This document shows, piece after piece, positions 25,801 through 37,636 of a stretch of DNA of 64,000 bases; positions within the stretch are counted from its first letter, which is position 1; every line of letters starts with the position of its first letter. The translations under genes and the position numbers were made by a program. The notes beneath the pieces are model-generated. The model had not been told where the DNA came from and did no database searches. It saw only the letters and a program-made list of their open reading frames with translations. The DNA is from Torpedo marmorata (lineage: Eukaryota), in contig OZ360222.1 in NCBI GenBank assembly GCA_977017645.1, positions 103,788,001-103,852,000 of the forward strand, read 5' to 3'.

Positions 25801-28532
25801 TGTTCTTAGCTCTTTAGCGAGTGGAAAATCTCCAGGAGAAGATGGTTTCCCATCAGAATTTTATAAAGAGTTTAAAGATTTATTGATACCTCCATATATG
25901 GAGGTGTTGAAACAAATAACGGAAACTCATTTGTTACCAGAAACATTTTCGAATGCAATACTTACAGTTATACCTAAAAAAGATAGAGATGTGTTGAAAA
26001 CAGAATCATAAAGACCAATTTCATTGTTAAATGTGGATTATAAGATAATGGCAAAAATTTTAGCAAATAGAGTGGCTAATTATTTACCAGATTTAATTCA
26101 TGAAGATCAAGCTGGTTTTATTAAAGATATTCAAAAGATAATATAGCTAGATTAATTAGTTTAATTAATGTGGAAAAAAAAGAGATGATTTACCATTAGT
26201 ATTAACATTAGATGCTGAAAAGGCTTTTGATAGATGAGAGTGAAATTATTTATTTAAGGTATTGGGGAAATTTGGTTTTGGAACTACATTTATTAATTGG
26301 ATCAAAACTGTATATAAAGAACCATCTGCTAAAGTGGTGACAAATGGACAAATTTCTTCAAAATTTTCTTTGACTAGGTCAACTCGACAGGGATGTCCCT
26401 TGTCACCAGCATTGTTTATTTTAGCAATAGAACCTTTGTCAGAATTAATTAGACAAGATATTAAGATTGCAGGTATTAAAGTTGGAAGAGAAGAACATAA
26501 AATTAGTTTATTTGCAGATGATGTATTGATTTATATGACAAACCCTATTACTTCTTTATTATAATTGAATGTTTTATTGAAAGAATATGGGGAAATATCT
26601 GGTTATAAGATTAATTCTGATAAAAGTGAAATTATGGCATTGACACAAGGGGATTATAGTAAATGTACAGAAATTACACAATTTAAATGGTCAAAGGAAG
26701 GAATTAAATATCTGGGAATAAAGATTGATACCAAATTAGTTAATTTATATAAATTAAATTATTTACCATTATTTACGAAAATTAAAAAAGATTTAGAAAG
26801 TTGGAAGGATTTACCTATAACTTTAATAGGAAGGGTAAACTGTATTAAAATGAATGTCTTTCTAAGAGTTCAATATCTTTTCCAATCAATTCCTTTGAAA
26901 TTCTTTAAGGATTTAAATGTAATTATTAGGAAATGTTTGTGGAAAGGAAAGTTGGCTAGAGTAAGTATGGAGAAATTAACTTGGAATTATGAAATGGGTG
27001 GTTTACAACTTCCTAATTTTCAAAATTACTATAAAGCAGCTCAATTAAAATTTGTTAATGAAATGTTTGATTTAGGAAAATCTTCTGCTTGGATTAGAAT
27101 AGAATTAAATAATATAGGAGAAGATTTGAAAGAAGTTATTTATAAATGGAATTCTAAATTATTATTAACAAGAGGGAAGAATTCTCCTATTTTTAAACAT
27201 TTGTTAGAAATATGGAATAGAGTGGATCAGGAGATAGGAGGGAAAGGGTCGATTTCTCAAAAAAATGCCTTTATATCAAAATAAACTTAATCCATTTACG
27301 TTGATAATAAATTATTTAAAATTTGGTTCTTAAAGGGAATTAAGAAAATTATGATTGTTTTGAAGCTAATAAATTTATTACTTTTCAAAGAATGAAAGAT
27401 AAGTTTAATGTATTGAATAATACACTTTTTGCTTATTATCAAATTAGAGCATTTATAGTTGGGAAGTTGGGTTATAGTTTGACTCTACCAAGACAGAGTG
27501 AACTAGAATTATTATTTACTAATGGAGGTGTAAATAAATTTATTTCTCAAATGTATAGATTGTTTCAGAAAAAAATCCCTAAAGTAGGAATTCATAAATC
27601 AAGATTAAAATGGGAATCAGATTTGAATGTAACAATAGATGAAGAACATTGGAAAGAATTATGTAAATTAAGTATGACGAAGATTATTAACGTTAGATAT
27701 AGATTAGTTCAATATAATTTTTTTCATCAATTATATTTAACGCCTAAAAAAATTAAAGAAATTTAATTCGACATTATCAGGTTTATGTTTTAGATGTAAT
27801 AGAGAGGAAGGTTCTTTTGTACATTCTACATGGTTTTGTCCAAAGATTATGATTTTTGGTTGAAAGTTAAAAACTTTTTAGATAAAGTATTGAGTATTAC
27901 ACTTCCATTGGACCCTATGATATTTTTGTTTGGAGATACTAAAAGAATTAGTATTAAGATGAAATTAAATATGTATCAAATAGAATTTTTGCTAATTGCT
28001 ATAGCTGTTTCTAAGAAATGCATTGCTATTACTTGGAAATCTGACGTAGATTTAGGGTTAGAAAGATGGCATGCAGAACTTCGTTCATGTATACCACTTG
28101 AAAAAATTACTTATAATTTACGTAATAAATATCATTTATTTTTGAAAATATGGAGCCCATATATAAAAACTGTTGGTTTAAGGATTTGAAGATCTCTGGA
28201 CATCGGATCTGACTGGCGAACCTATCCTCCACAATAAAATCAGTTTATAGATGTTCTTTTTAGATTGACATTCTCCTTACTATCTTTTTATTTTTTTTAT
28301 TTTAGTAGATTAGTATGGGCTCCCCGTGCTTTCGGCGTGGTTGTCGACGGGGCCGTACAGTGTACTGTGCGACTCAACCGCACCTCATCGGTGAGCCGGT
28401 GTGAGTCAGGGGGGCTGGGAGGGTTAGGGAAGGAGGGGGGGTGAAAATGTATCACATGTATTTTGATAATTTTATATTTTATTTTATGTACTTTGTGATT
28501 TAAAATTTTAAATAAAATATTTTAAAAAAAAA
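22868..28532 (+). mobile_element. Full-length L1 (ORF1 about 23001-24247, ORF2 about 24434-28189), decayed
   Basis: ORF1 SRRNNIKIVG and ERAHR; APE GGDFN and SDHSP; RT FADD; poly-A tail; TSD gaaagatctaaatt on both sides. Confidence 0.95.
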
Positions 28533-28608
28533 GAAAGATCTAAATTCCATTTGAATTGTCTTCAGCTCTGTAATGGATTGCTTTAAAAATAGGTAAATCA
28601 CAAAAATA

Positions 28609-29460
28609 GAATCCCCCGCATCCAACACATTATCTGCTGAAATTTCCGGCACTTACAACTGGATCCCACCACCAGACACATTTTTCCTTCTCCTCCCCTC
28701 TCGGCCTTCTGCAGGGACCGCTCCCTCCATGATTCCCTCGTGCACTCATCCCTCCCCACCTATCCTCCTCCTCACCCCCACCCACCCCCCGGCTCCTTCC
28801 CGTGGCCGCAGGAGGTGGAACACTTACGCCCACACCTCCTTCCTCACCACGGTCCGGGGCCCCAACCAGACCTTTCAAGTGAAGCAACACTTCACTTGTA
28901 TATCCGCAGGACTCATTTACTGCATCTAGTGCTCCCTTTGTGGTGTTCCCTACATCGGAGAGACCGGTCGCAGATTGGGAGATCACTTCGACGAGCACCT
29001 CCTCTCCGTCCACAACCACAGCGACCTCCCACAGTCACACTCCTGGACTCATGTCTGTCCATGGCCTTATGCACTATCCTACCCTGACCACCCGCAGATT
29101 GGCGGAACAACACTTTATCTTCCGTCTGGGCACTCTCCAGCCAAATGGCATTAACATTGATTTCTCTGCCTTCTACGAAACTTGCTCGCCTTTTCTTTCC
29201 CCTCCCACTTTCCTGTCTTTCCAGTTTTCCCCTCCCTTCCCCTTACACACCCAGCCATCCCCTCCCTCCCCTCATCCACCTATCATCTCCTGCCTTTGCC
29301 AACCCTCCCCCCCACCCCCACCCTTTTGTTCGGACGCCTGCCGGCATTCTCTCATACCTTGATGAAGGCTCAGGCCCGAAATGTTGGTTATGTATTTCTA
29401 CCTTTGCTACATAAAGGACATTATTTGACCTGCTGAGCTTCTCCAGAATTTTGTGTTTTA
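28609..29460 (+). mobile_element. 5'-truncated Penelope (GIY-YIG plus 3' end with a decayed hammerhead at about 29353-29392)
   Basis: Colinear with 15488-16410; ttgatgaaggctcaggcccgaaatgtt. Confidence 0.9.
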
Positions 29461-31409
29461 TTTATATCATAAGCACAACTGGCATATCAGGTGGATGACA
29501 TTTCCAGCTACAATGAAAGAGATACTCTGCTGCAAACAGGTGAATTATGGCAATTTTCAGTTGGAGCATAGCTTTGCCTTGCCTTGACAGTGCCTGTACT
29601 GGAACCGTCTTCATTATTAACAGGTAAGTTGCAGGCTGCATTAAATTGTTTATATTCATTTGTAGCAACTTGAGTGCCCCTGTAATCTTTATAGCACTGA
29701 CTGCAGAGTGTTCATTGCTGTAGTTCCAGAAGTCCTAATTCCAGGATGAGCTTGAGGCTACGCCAGCAATGGTATCTTCCACCCAACCACTCCAGCTAGA
29801 GCTGTCCACTAGCAGACCAACAAGTCTCTCAGGCTGAAAGCCTGACAACCAGGTCTGTGTCAGGGTGCTGCTTCTCCTTCCTCGGCAGAACCTCAGCACA
29901 GTGATAGACTTAACCTCCAGTCCAGTTTTGTGGGTTCTGACAAAGCTGATGAGGCTAATTGTTGGAACTGCAAAGTCTCCCATGATTGGGCAGAAGGCAG
30001 CTGATGGGATGGACAGGTGGATGGTATGTGACGTGATACCCTCTTTGTTGCTTACATAGGGTTTCTTAAAATCAGTCTCAAGTTCTCAATGTCACTCTGA
30101 ATGTTCCTCTTCCATTTAAAGCTGTCATGGGCCAAAGATTCTCAGGAGTCAATGTGAATGTGGCATTTTTTCAAGGAAGCCTGGAATGCACTATTGAATC
30201 TTTTCTTCTGTCTACCTGATAGTATCTTCCCATGATAGAGCTTGGAACAGAATGCCTATTCAGATGTCTGGTTCTGGGCACATGAATGATAAGGCCTGCC
30301 CAATGGATCTGGCCAAGTGCAACAACAGGCTAAGTGCTGAGGATATTAGCTTGGGAGAGGGTACTAACATAGGTTTGCTTACACTTCTTGTGAATTTGGA
30401 GAATTTTTCGAAGAGCAGCTGCCTCTCAGCATCAGGAATCTTGATTCAACCCTGACCTTGTGTCGAGTTGCATGTTCTCTTTGTGACTAAGTGGCATTCC
30501 TGGGGAGGGTGAAGTTACCAGTAAAAGTAATGAGGGAATTGGATTGCTGTCAAGATGGCACATACTTGATAGGTTGAAATAGCCTCCTATTTTGCATGAA
30601 AATATGAAATATGAAACCTGCCACACACACAACAGTTCACATCTTCATTGTTTTGAATCTTGTTTTTTTTGTGTATGATTTTAATGTCTTAAATGTTAAG
30701 AAAAATAAACTATTATAAAAATGTTTGACAGTTTTTGGGCATTACTGGGTGCAAATCTCCAAGACGGTCACAAATATTCAATTGTAATGACAACAGTGAC
30801 TGATCACACAGCTGGGCTGGTGAGCCTAGGGGCAGATCCCTGTTGGTTGCCAAAGCGATTTTACAAGTGTGGTTGGCTGTTTGCAATGAGCCAACCCTGA
30901 TGCTGCACTCAGTCATGGTAAAGTGCTGGGAGCTGAGCTCCACAAAAAGACTGTACCAGGGTCCACACTAGAGAGAAATAAAAGCATAGCCTAGATGCAG
31001 ACAGCCAGGAACATCAGAGGCAAAGGATATGCCCCATTAACTTCAGCTTATTAAATAATGGCTCTAGGACAATTTCTAGTGCTTTCACTAAACAGTAAAG
31101 AACTATGATCATCCATTTTTTGTTTCCTGCAAGGAGCAGCAATTCCAGGAGGAATGAGCAATTATAACTACAACTGAACAAAAGGCAGAAGAGGAGTTTA
31201 TAGGATTTGTCATCCACTTGGATAATACATGTGCAGTACCCTGGTAGAAGGGTAACAAGTCACATATAGGATTTCCACCAGTCCTTGCATCCGCCAATGA
31301 CCTACACCCATTTAAAGTTCAATATAGATTTCATTGGTGAAAGAAAATGCATTGTTGAGGTGCCAGATCACTCAGTAAATATTTTGCAAACAACTTTCGT
31401 AATTAAGTA

Positions 31410-31650
31410 CGGCATGGTTGGCGTAGCGGTTAGCGCAACACTATTATAGCGCCAGTGATCAGGACCGGGGTTCGAATCCCACGTTGTCTGTAAGGAGTTT
31501 GTACGTTCTCCCTGTGTCTGCATGGGTTTTCCCCGGGGGCTCCGGTTTCCTCCCACCGTTCAAAATGTACAGGGGTTGTAGGTCAATTAGGGGTAATTGG
31601 GAGGCACGGGCATGTGGACCGAAAGGGCTTGTTACTGTGCTGTACATGTA
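31410..31650 (+). mobile_element. tRNA-derived SINE (HE1/V-SINE-like) with a CR1-type tail
   Basis: A box tggcgtagcgg, B box ggttcgaatcc, core gtttgtacgttctccc...ctccggtttcctcccac, tail ccgaaagggcttgttactgtgctgta. Confidence 0.85.
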
Positions 31651-32370
31651 AATTTTAAAAAAAATTTAAATTCAAATTCTGTAAACAAATCTGAACAATG
31701 ATCAGGCAGTGCAAAATCAGCTAATATACTGATCTTAGGAGGTGCCAGGAACTAGAGTACATCATTTATCCACCTATGTTCCATATCTTTCTTTAGCCTT
31801 ACTCACCAAGATGTCTAAATCATTAAAACTATAATTACTACAGGACCACAAATCATTTGTGGAGCAACTAATATTTACACATGCCCTGAGCATACATCTA
31901 TCCCTTTCTGCAAATGAAAATTACCTGCCCCTAGCTTTAATATTAGTCTTTATTCTGGATTCATTTATCAAGGATAAATCTTATCTGTATTTATCAAATG
32001 AGAACATTTTTATCATTAAATATCTTGATTAGGTCTTGCCTTGCCTGTAAATAGCATGAGAAAGACAGCAAAAGAAAATTAAAATTTAGCCTCTAGCAAT
32101 GCAGTTCCTGAACCACCAGGGGCCAGGCAAAGGCCAAAAAAATGCTTTCCGATAAGGCTAGAGAAGTACCATCTTGAAAGACAGATCAGCTGGCAATCAG
32201 CAGCATGCATGAGAAACTTAAGAATCCTGCTGCTGTGCCATTATCCTCAATAAATATTTAAAATAAATATTAAATAATGAATACAATTTTTAGAATAGCA
32301 ATACTGCACATTCTACACATATGCTTATGTGAATTATTTGATAGTAGAATTGAAAGGAATCACAACTTAC

Positions 32371-32468
32371 TTATCCCATCCCAAATTTTCAATCTCTTTA
32401 ATTAGCTGCGCATAATACTGTGGAGGAGGGGGACTTTGCAGATCATGTTTATTTCTTAATGCAATTTC
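32371..32468 (-). CDS. FANCL: FANCL coding exon 5 (EIALRNKHDLQSPPPPQYYAQLIKEIENLGWDK)
   Basis: 98 bp, tttttacag acceptor and gtaagt donor; PPPPQ.Y..LI.EI..LGWDK motif. Confidence 0.96.
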
Positions 32469-32699
32469 CTGTAAAAAGAGAATGTTAAACAATTATCAAC
32501 ACCTTTATCAGACAAACATTTCTGGAGAAGACAACTGTATAATGCACTTCAGTAGGATGCTGTAGGTTAAAGTTATTATTTTTGTTAACAGGCATTTTGG
32601 AAAATACAAGAGCAACTGGAAATTGTCAATCTTCATGCATTACAAAAGTCAGGTCAACATTACAAGACCAACTCTCAAAATAAAATGAGAGTTTCAATG

Positions 32700-33130
32700 A
32701 TTTCAATCATGTTCTCTTTGTGACGACGTGTTGTTCCTCTGGTTGCTCCAGTTTCCTTGCACAGCCCAAAGACGTAGAGGTTACCAAGTAAGTTTGAAGG
32801 ATTTTGCAGAGACAGGCTTTGTCTAGGATGACAAAGTGGTGCTGGTAGAGCAGCTGCCTTTCAGCATCAGGAACCCAGATTCAATCCTGACCTAGTGTCT
32901 AGTTTTGCATGTTCTCTTTGTGGCATTCCTCTGGTTGCTCCAGTTTCATTGCACAGCCCAAAGACGCACAGGTTACCAAGTAAACTGTCCATTGTAAACT
33001 GCTCCCAATGTGAAGGTGACTGGGAGAATCTGGGGGAAGGTGAAGTTACCAGTAAAAGTAACGAGGGAATTGGATTGTCAGCCAACACAAACTTGATAGG
33101 TTGAAACGGCCTCCTTCCACCTTGCATGAA
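32700..33130 (+). mobile_element. Degenerate V-SINE-like element with an internal duplication
   Basis: gcatgttctct...gctccagtttc...cccaaagacg core is present twice. Confidence 0.6.
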
Positions 33131-33962
33131 AATCTGAAACTTGGCACAAACACAAGAGTTTGCATATTCACTGTTTGGAATCTTCTTGTGATTTTAATGT
33201 CTTAAATGTTAATAAAAAATAAAATAGATTATTAAAAATGTTTAACAGCTCTTGTTATCTATCAGCAGGAAACATCTGTTGAACTAGATGGTATCTGGTT
33301 GCTGCTTTCCAAGAAAGATGAAGGTAAGCAGCTATGATGCAGGAATATTTAATGGAAACATAAATGTTGAAAGATTCTTCCTGTAACAGTATGCTAGAAC
33401 TCCAAAGTACTAGAAATCAAATTAGTCTTGGCTCTGGCATTGAAATTTGGCAACTTGAGTGTCTTCATTTCTTGATCTATCTGCTAGATGGTGTCCATGT
33501 AACAACTAAATAAAACTGCAGTGAACTTGGTGCCCAAGACAGCATAGCTGTCAACCTACAAAAACAGCTGACAGCCTTATAAAATTGATAATTTAAAACA
33601 AATTCACAACTGAAAATAGAGACACAACTGAAAACATGCAACTATATAGAGCAAAGTAAGATGTCCCAAGGCACTTGGTTTATTTTAACAAATACAACTC
33701 TTCTACTTGGAGGACAAGAAGGATGTGTTTTCAGTACAGTCCTGTGAGTTCTGAAGTGACAGATAATAACAATGTAGCTTCTGTAACAGTGGAGACAGAG
33801 CTCGACTAGTTTGGAACCTTCTGCTTATCACATTAGGCTTTTGGGTACACTAATGCATGGACTCAATGATAGGTCTGTTACTGTTAGCTCTCTGACTTTT
33901 TTTATATATAAATATATATATATATATAAAAATATATATATATATATAAAAATATATATATA

Positions 33963-36058
33963 CCGTATATTTCGGCGTATAAGTCGACCGGCGGATAAGT
34001 CGACCCCCCTTTTTCAGCCTCATTTTAATGGTTTTATGGTATATCCGGCGTATAAGTCGACCCCCAAAAAACGCGATGCCTGAGATGTTGCGCATTGACC
34101 GGCGTATAAGTCGACCCTAAAAAAACGCGATGATTGAGCTGCTGGGCGTTGACCGGCGTATAGGTCGACCCTAAAAAAACGCGATGATTGAGCTGCTGGC
34201 CGTTGAATGACGTATAGATCGACCCACACCGATCGAGATCATTGAGCTGCTGGGCGTTGACTGGCGTATAGATCGACCCATAACGATCGCGATCATTGAG
34301 CTGCTGGGCGTTGACCGGCGTATAGGTCAACCCATAACGATCGCGATCATTGAGCTGCTGGGCGTTGACCGGCGTATAGGTCGACCCATAACGATCGCGA
34401 TCATTGAGATGCTGGGCGTTGGCTGGAGGTGATTGTTATCATGGAGGCTCCATTGAAGGCTCAATTGAAACGACGAAAGTATGAGGCGAGTTTTAAATTG
34501 AAAGTAATAGAAATGGCCAAGAAAACCAACAACTGTGCTGCTGCAAGAAAATTTGGTATATATGAGAAGTTGGTAAGAGATTGGAGGAAGAAAGAAGAGA
34601 CTTTAAGAAAAATACCAAAAAGGCAATGTTCCATGAGAAGAGGAATCACTCGTTGGCCAGAGTTGGAAAATCATGTAGCAGCATGGGTACGTGAACAGAG
34701 GCAAGATTGCTACATAGTCACCCGAAATAAAATAAGAACATTTGCACTGAACTGGGCAAAGTCGCACCCAGAACTCAGTAATGATTTTGAAGCTTCAGTA
34801 GGCTGGTGCAACCGTTTTATGAACAGGAAAAATCTGGTATTACGACAAAAAACTAAAATTGCTCAGAAACTACCAAAAGATCTTGATCATAAAGTTGTAA
34901 GTTTTCACCAGTTTATTTTACGTAACCGGAAGAAACACAAGTTTGCATTGGCAAATATTGGAAACATGGACGAAACCCCCATGAATTTTGACATGATAGG
35001 CAATAGAACAGTGGAATGGAAAGGTGTGAAAACTGTACAAACCAGGAGTACAGGACATGAAAGGACCAGGTTTACTGCGGTGTTATCGTGCATGGCCGAC
35101 GGGACAAAGTTAAGACCCATGGTAATCTTCAAGCGCAAACTTAAACCTAAGATAAATTTCCCAGCAGGTATTTTTGTACATTTTCATGAAAAAGGATGGA
35201 TGGATGAAAATGGTGTAAAACTATGGATAGACAATGTGTGGAACAGGCGGCCAGGCGGTTTACGCAAGGAACGGAGTTTGCTGGTCTGGGATATGTTTCG
35301 TAGCCACTTAATTGAGAAGACTAAAAGTACATTAGCACAACATAATACTCACATGGCGGTTATCCCGGGTGGTTTGACGTCTATATTACAACCTCTCGAT
35401 GTCTGCTTGAACAAGCCATTCAAAGACCACGTGCGTGAAGAGTGGAATACATGGATGTCGAGTGCAGAAAAATCATTTACAAAAGGCGGGGCAATGCGTG
35501 CTGCATCGCTTGATGTGCTGTGTGACTTCGTGCTCAAGGCATGGGACAAAGTGAAAGTAGAGACTGTAATAAAATCGTTTAAAAAGTGCGGTATCTCTTG
35601 TGCAATTGATGGTACGGAAGATGATTTATTGTGGGACTCTGACGACGAAGCTGAAGCCGCCTCATCAGATACAGACTGGGACCCGTACGATGACTGTTTA
35701 AACAGTGAGACCCCGGATGTGCTTGCCGAGATCTTTGCCTCAGACGATGATAGCGAAAGTGATTTTGAAGGGTTCTAAATGTCTTGTTGTTTTCAATTAA
35801 AATGTCAATGAAAATTTGTTGCAGTCGGGTTTTTTTTTGGTTTTTCAGGGGTCGACTTATACGCCGAATCGTGTTTTCAGGGGTCGACTTATACGCCGAA
35901 TCGTGTTTTCAGGGGTCGACTTATACGCCGGATCGGCGTGAACTCGATTTTGAGCTGAATTTAAGGTCTCAAAAGTATATCCGGCGTATAAGTCGACCCC
36001 CGTTTTTTGAGACATTTTTGAGGGTTTCAAGGGTCGACTTATACGCCGAAATATACGG
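33963..36058 (+). mobile_element. Intact pogo-superfamily (Passer-type, DD35D) DNA transposon
   Basis: 27-bp perfect TIR ccgtatatttcggcgtataagtcgacc; TA flanks; uninterrupted transposase ORF; arrays of subterminal repeats. Confidence 0.93.
34441..35778 (+). CDS. pogo/POGK-like transposase (Brinker-type HTH, CENP-B HTH, DDE_1)
   Basis: RRKYEASFKLKVI, ASVGWCNRFM, NMDETP, VWDMFRSH, QPLDV; 35 residues between D2 and D3; acidic tail; no stop codons. Confidence 0.93.
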   Translation: MEAPLKAQLKRRKYEASFKLKVIEMAKKTNNCAAARKFGIYEKLVRDWRKKEETLRKIPKRQCSMRRGITRWPELENHVAAWVREQRQDCYIVTRNKIRTFALNWAKSHPELSNDFEASVGWCNRFMNRKNLVLRQKTKIAQKLPKDLDHKVVSFHQFILRNRKKHKFALANIGNMDETPMNFDMIGNRTVEWKGVKTVQTRSTGHERTRFTAVLSCMADGTKLRPMVIFKRKLKPKINFPAGIFVHFHEKGWMDENGVKLWIDNVWNRRPGGLRKERSLLVWDMFRSHLIEKTKSTLAQHNTHMAVIPGGLTSILQPLDVCLNKPFKDHVREEWNTWMSSAEKSFTKGGAMRAASLDVLCDFVLKAWDKVKVETVIKSFKKCGISCAIDGTEDDLLWDSDDEAEAASSDTDWDPYDDCLNSETPDVLAEIFASDDDSESDFEGF

Positions 36059-36128
36059 TATATATAAAAAAAAATATATATATATAAAAATATATAAAAA
36101 TATATATATATATAAAAAAATATATATA

Positions 36129-36976
36129 CCGTATATTTCGGCGTATAAGTCGACCCTTGAAACCCTCAAAAATGTCTCAAAAAACGGGGGTCGACTTATA
36201 CGCCGGATATACTTTTGAGACCTTAAAATCAGCTCAAAATCGAGTTCACGCCGATTCGGCGTATAAGTCGACCCCTGAAAACACGATTCGGCATATAGGT
36301 CGACCCTGGAAGTGCCTCCCCACTGCCGGCGCCGCCGCTCCCCGACACCTCCCCACCGCCGGGCGCCGCCATAAACCACCCAGACATTCTACAATTGTAG
36401 AGCCCGAGGTCCCCGCTCCTACCCGGGAGAACGAGCTCCCCGCTCCTGCCTGGGAGAACGAGCTCCCCGCTCCTGCTCGGGAGAACGAGCTCCCCGCTAC
36501 TGCCTTGGAGAACGAGCTCCCCGCTCCTGCCCGGGAGAACGAGCTCCCCGCTCCTGCCTTGGAGAACGAGCTCCCCGCTCCTGCTCGGGAGAACGAGCTC
36601 CCCGCTATTGCCTTGGAGAACGAGCTCCCCGCTACTGCTCGGGAGAACGAGCTCCCCGCTCCTGCTCGGGAGAAAGACGTCGCCGCACCTGCATCTTCCC
36701 GGCCAGAAGCAAAGGTTTTTTTTACTGTTTTTTTTACTTACCGGTACTTGCTTAATTTACAGCTTTGTTACTTGGCGATTGGGATGTTGTAACAAATTTT
36801 GGGTTGTTGCTGGGAGGCCCAGACAGCCTGAAAATTGGGGGTCGACTTATACGCCGGTCAATGCGCAACATCTCAGGCATCCCGATTTTTGGGGTCGACT
36901 TATACGCCGGATATACCATAAAACCATTAAAATGAGGCTGAAAAAGGGGGGTCGACTTATACGCCGGTCGACTTAT
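36129..36976 (-). mobile_element. Non-autonomous derivative of the Passer element, inverted, running into the gap
   Basis: Carries the same right end (36129-36310) and left end (36837-36976) as 33963-36058, with an unrelated GC-rich interior. Confidence 0.9.
36405..36675. repeat. 27-bp minisatellite, about 10 copies
   Basis: Unit gagaacgagctccccgctcctgc(t/c)cgg. Confidence 0.9.
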
Positions 36977-37636
36977 NNNNNNNNNNNNNNNNNNNNNNNN
37001 NNNNNNNNNNNNNNNNNNNNNNNNNNNNNNNNNNNNNNNNNNNNNNNNNNNNNNNNNNNNNNNNNNNNNNNNNNNNNNNNNNNNNNNNNNNNNNNNNNNN
37101 NNNNNNNNNNNNNNNNNNNNNNNNNNNNNNNNNNNNNNNNNNNNNNNNNNNNNNNNNNNNNNNNNNNNNNNNNNNNNNNNNNNNNNNNNNNNNNNNNNNN
37201 NNNNNNNNNNNNNNNNNNNNNNNNNNNNNNNNNNNNNNNNNNNNNNNNNNNNNNNNNNNNNNNNNNNNNNNNNNNNNNNNNNNNNNNNNNNNNNNNNNNN
37301 NNNNNNNNNNNNNNNNNNNNNNNNNNNNNNNNNNNNNNNNNNNNNNNNNNNNNNNNNNNNNNNNNNNNNNNNNNNNNNNNNNNNNNNNNNNNNNNNNNNN
37401 NNNNNNNNNNNNNNNNNNNNNNNNNNNNNNNNNNNNNNNNNNNNNNNNNNNNNNNNNNNNNNNNNNNNNNNNNNNNNNNNNNNNNNNNNNNNNNNNNNNN
37501 NNNNNNNNNNNNNNNNNNNNNNNNNNNNNNNNNNNNNNNNNNNNNNNNNNNNNNNNNNNNNNNNNNNNNNNNNNNNNNNNNNNNNNNNNNNNNNNNNNNN
37601 NNNNNNNNNNNNNNNNNNNNNNNNNNNNNNNNNNNN
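36977..37636. other. Assembly gap (N run)
   Basis: Run of n. Confidence 1.

Noticed and set aside
28316-28410. Hammerhead or HDV-like ribozyme call for the L1 insert
   Set aside because: The reverse strand has ccgatgag and cgaaa and some HDV-like pairings, but the required stem geometry, P1.1 and J4/2 catalytic C do not fit.
31410-31490. tRNA gene
   Set aside because: The A and B boxes run into a SINE core and LINE tail, with no acceptor stem.
33973-34420. Repeat-spacer appearance of the 18-bp motif array
   Set aside because: The intervening sequences are homologous to one another, so this is a subterminal tandem array and not CRISPR.
34441-35778. Host POGK gene
   Set aside because: No KRAB exon seen, and it is flanked by perfect TIRs and TA, so it is a transposon.
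36157-36792. ORF with ENELPAPAR repeats
   Set aside because: Translation of a 27-bp minisatellite inside a non-autonomous transposon; no splice or homology support.
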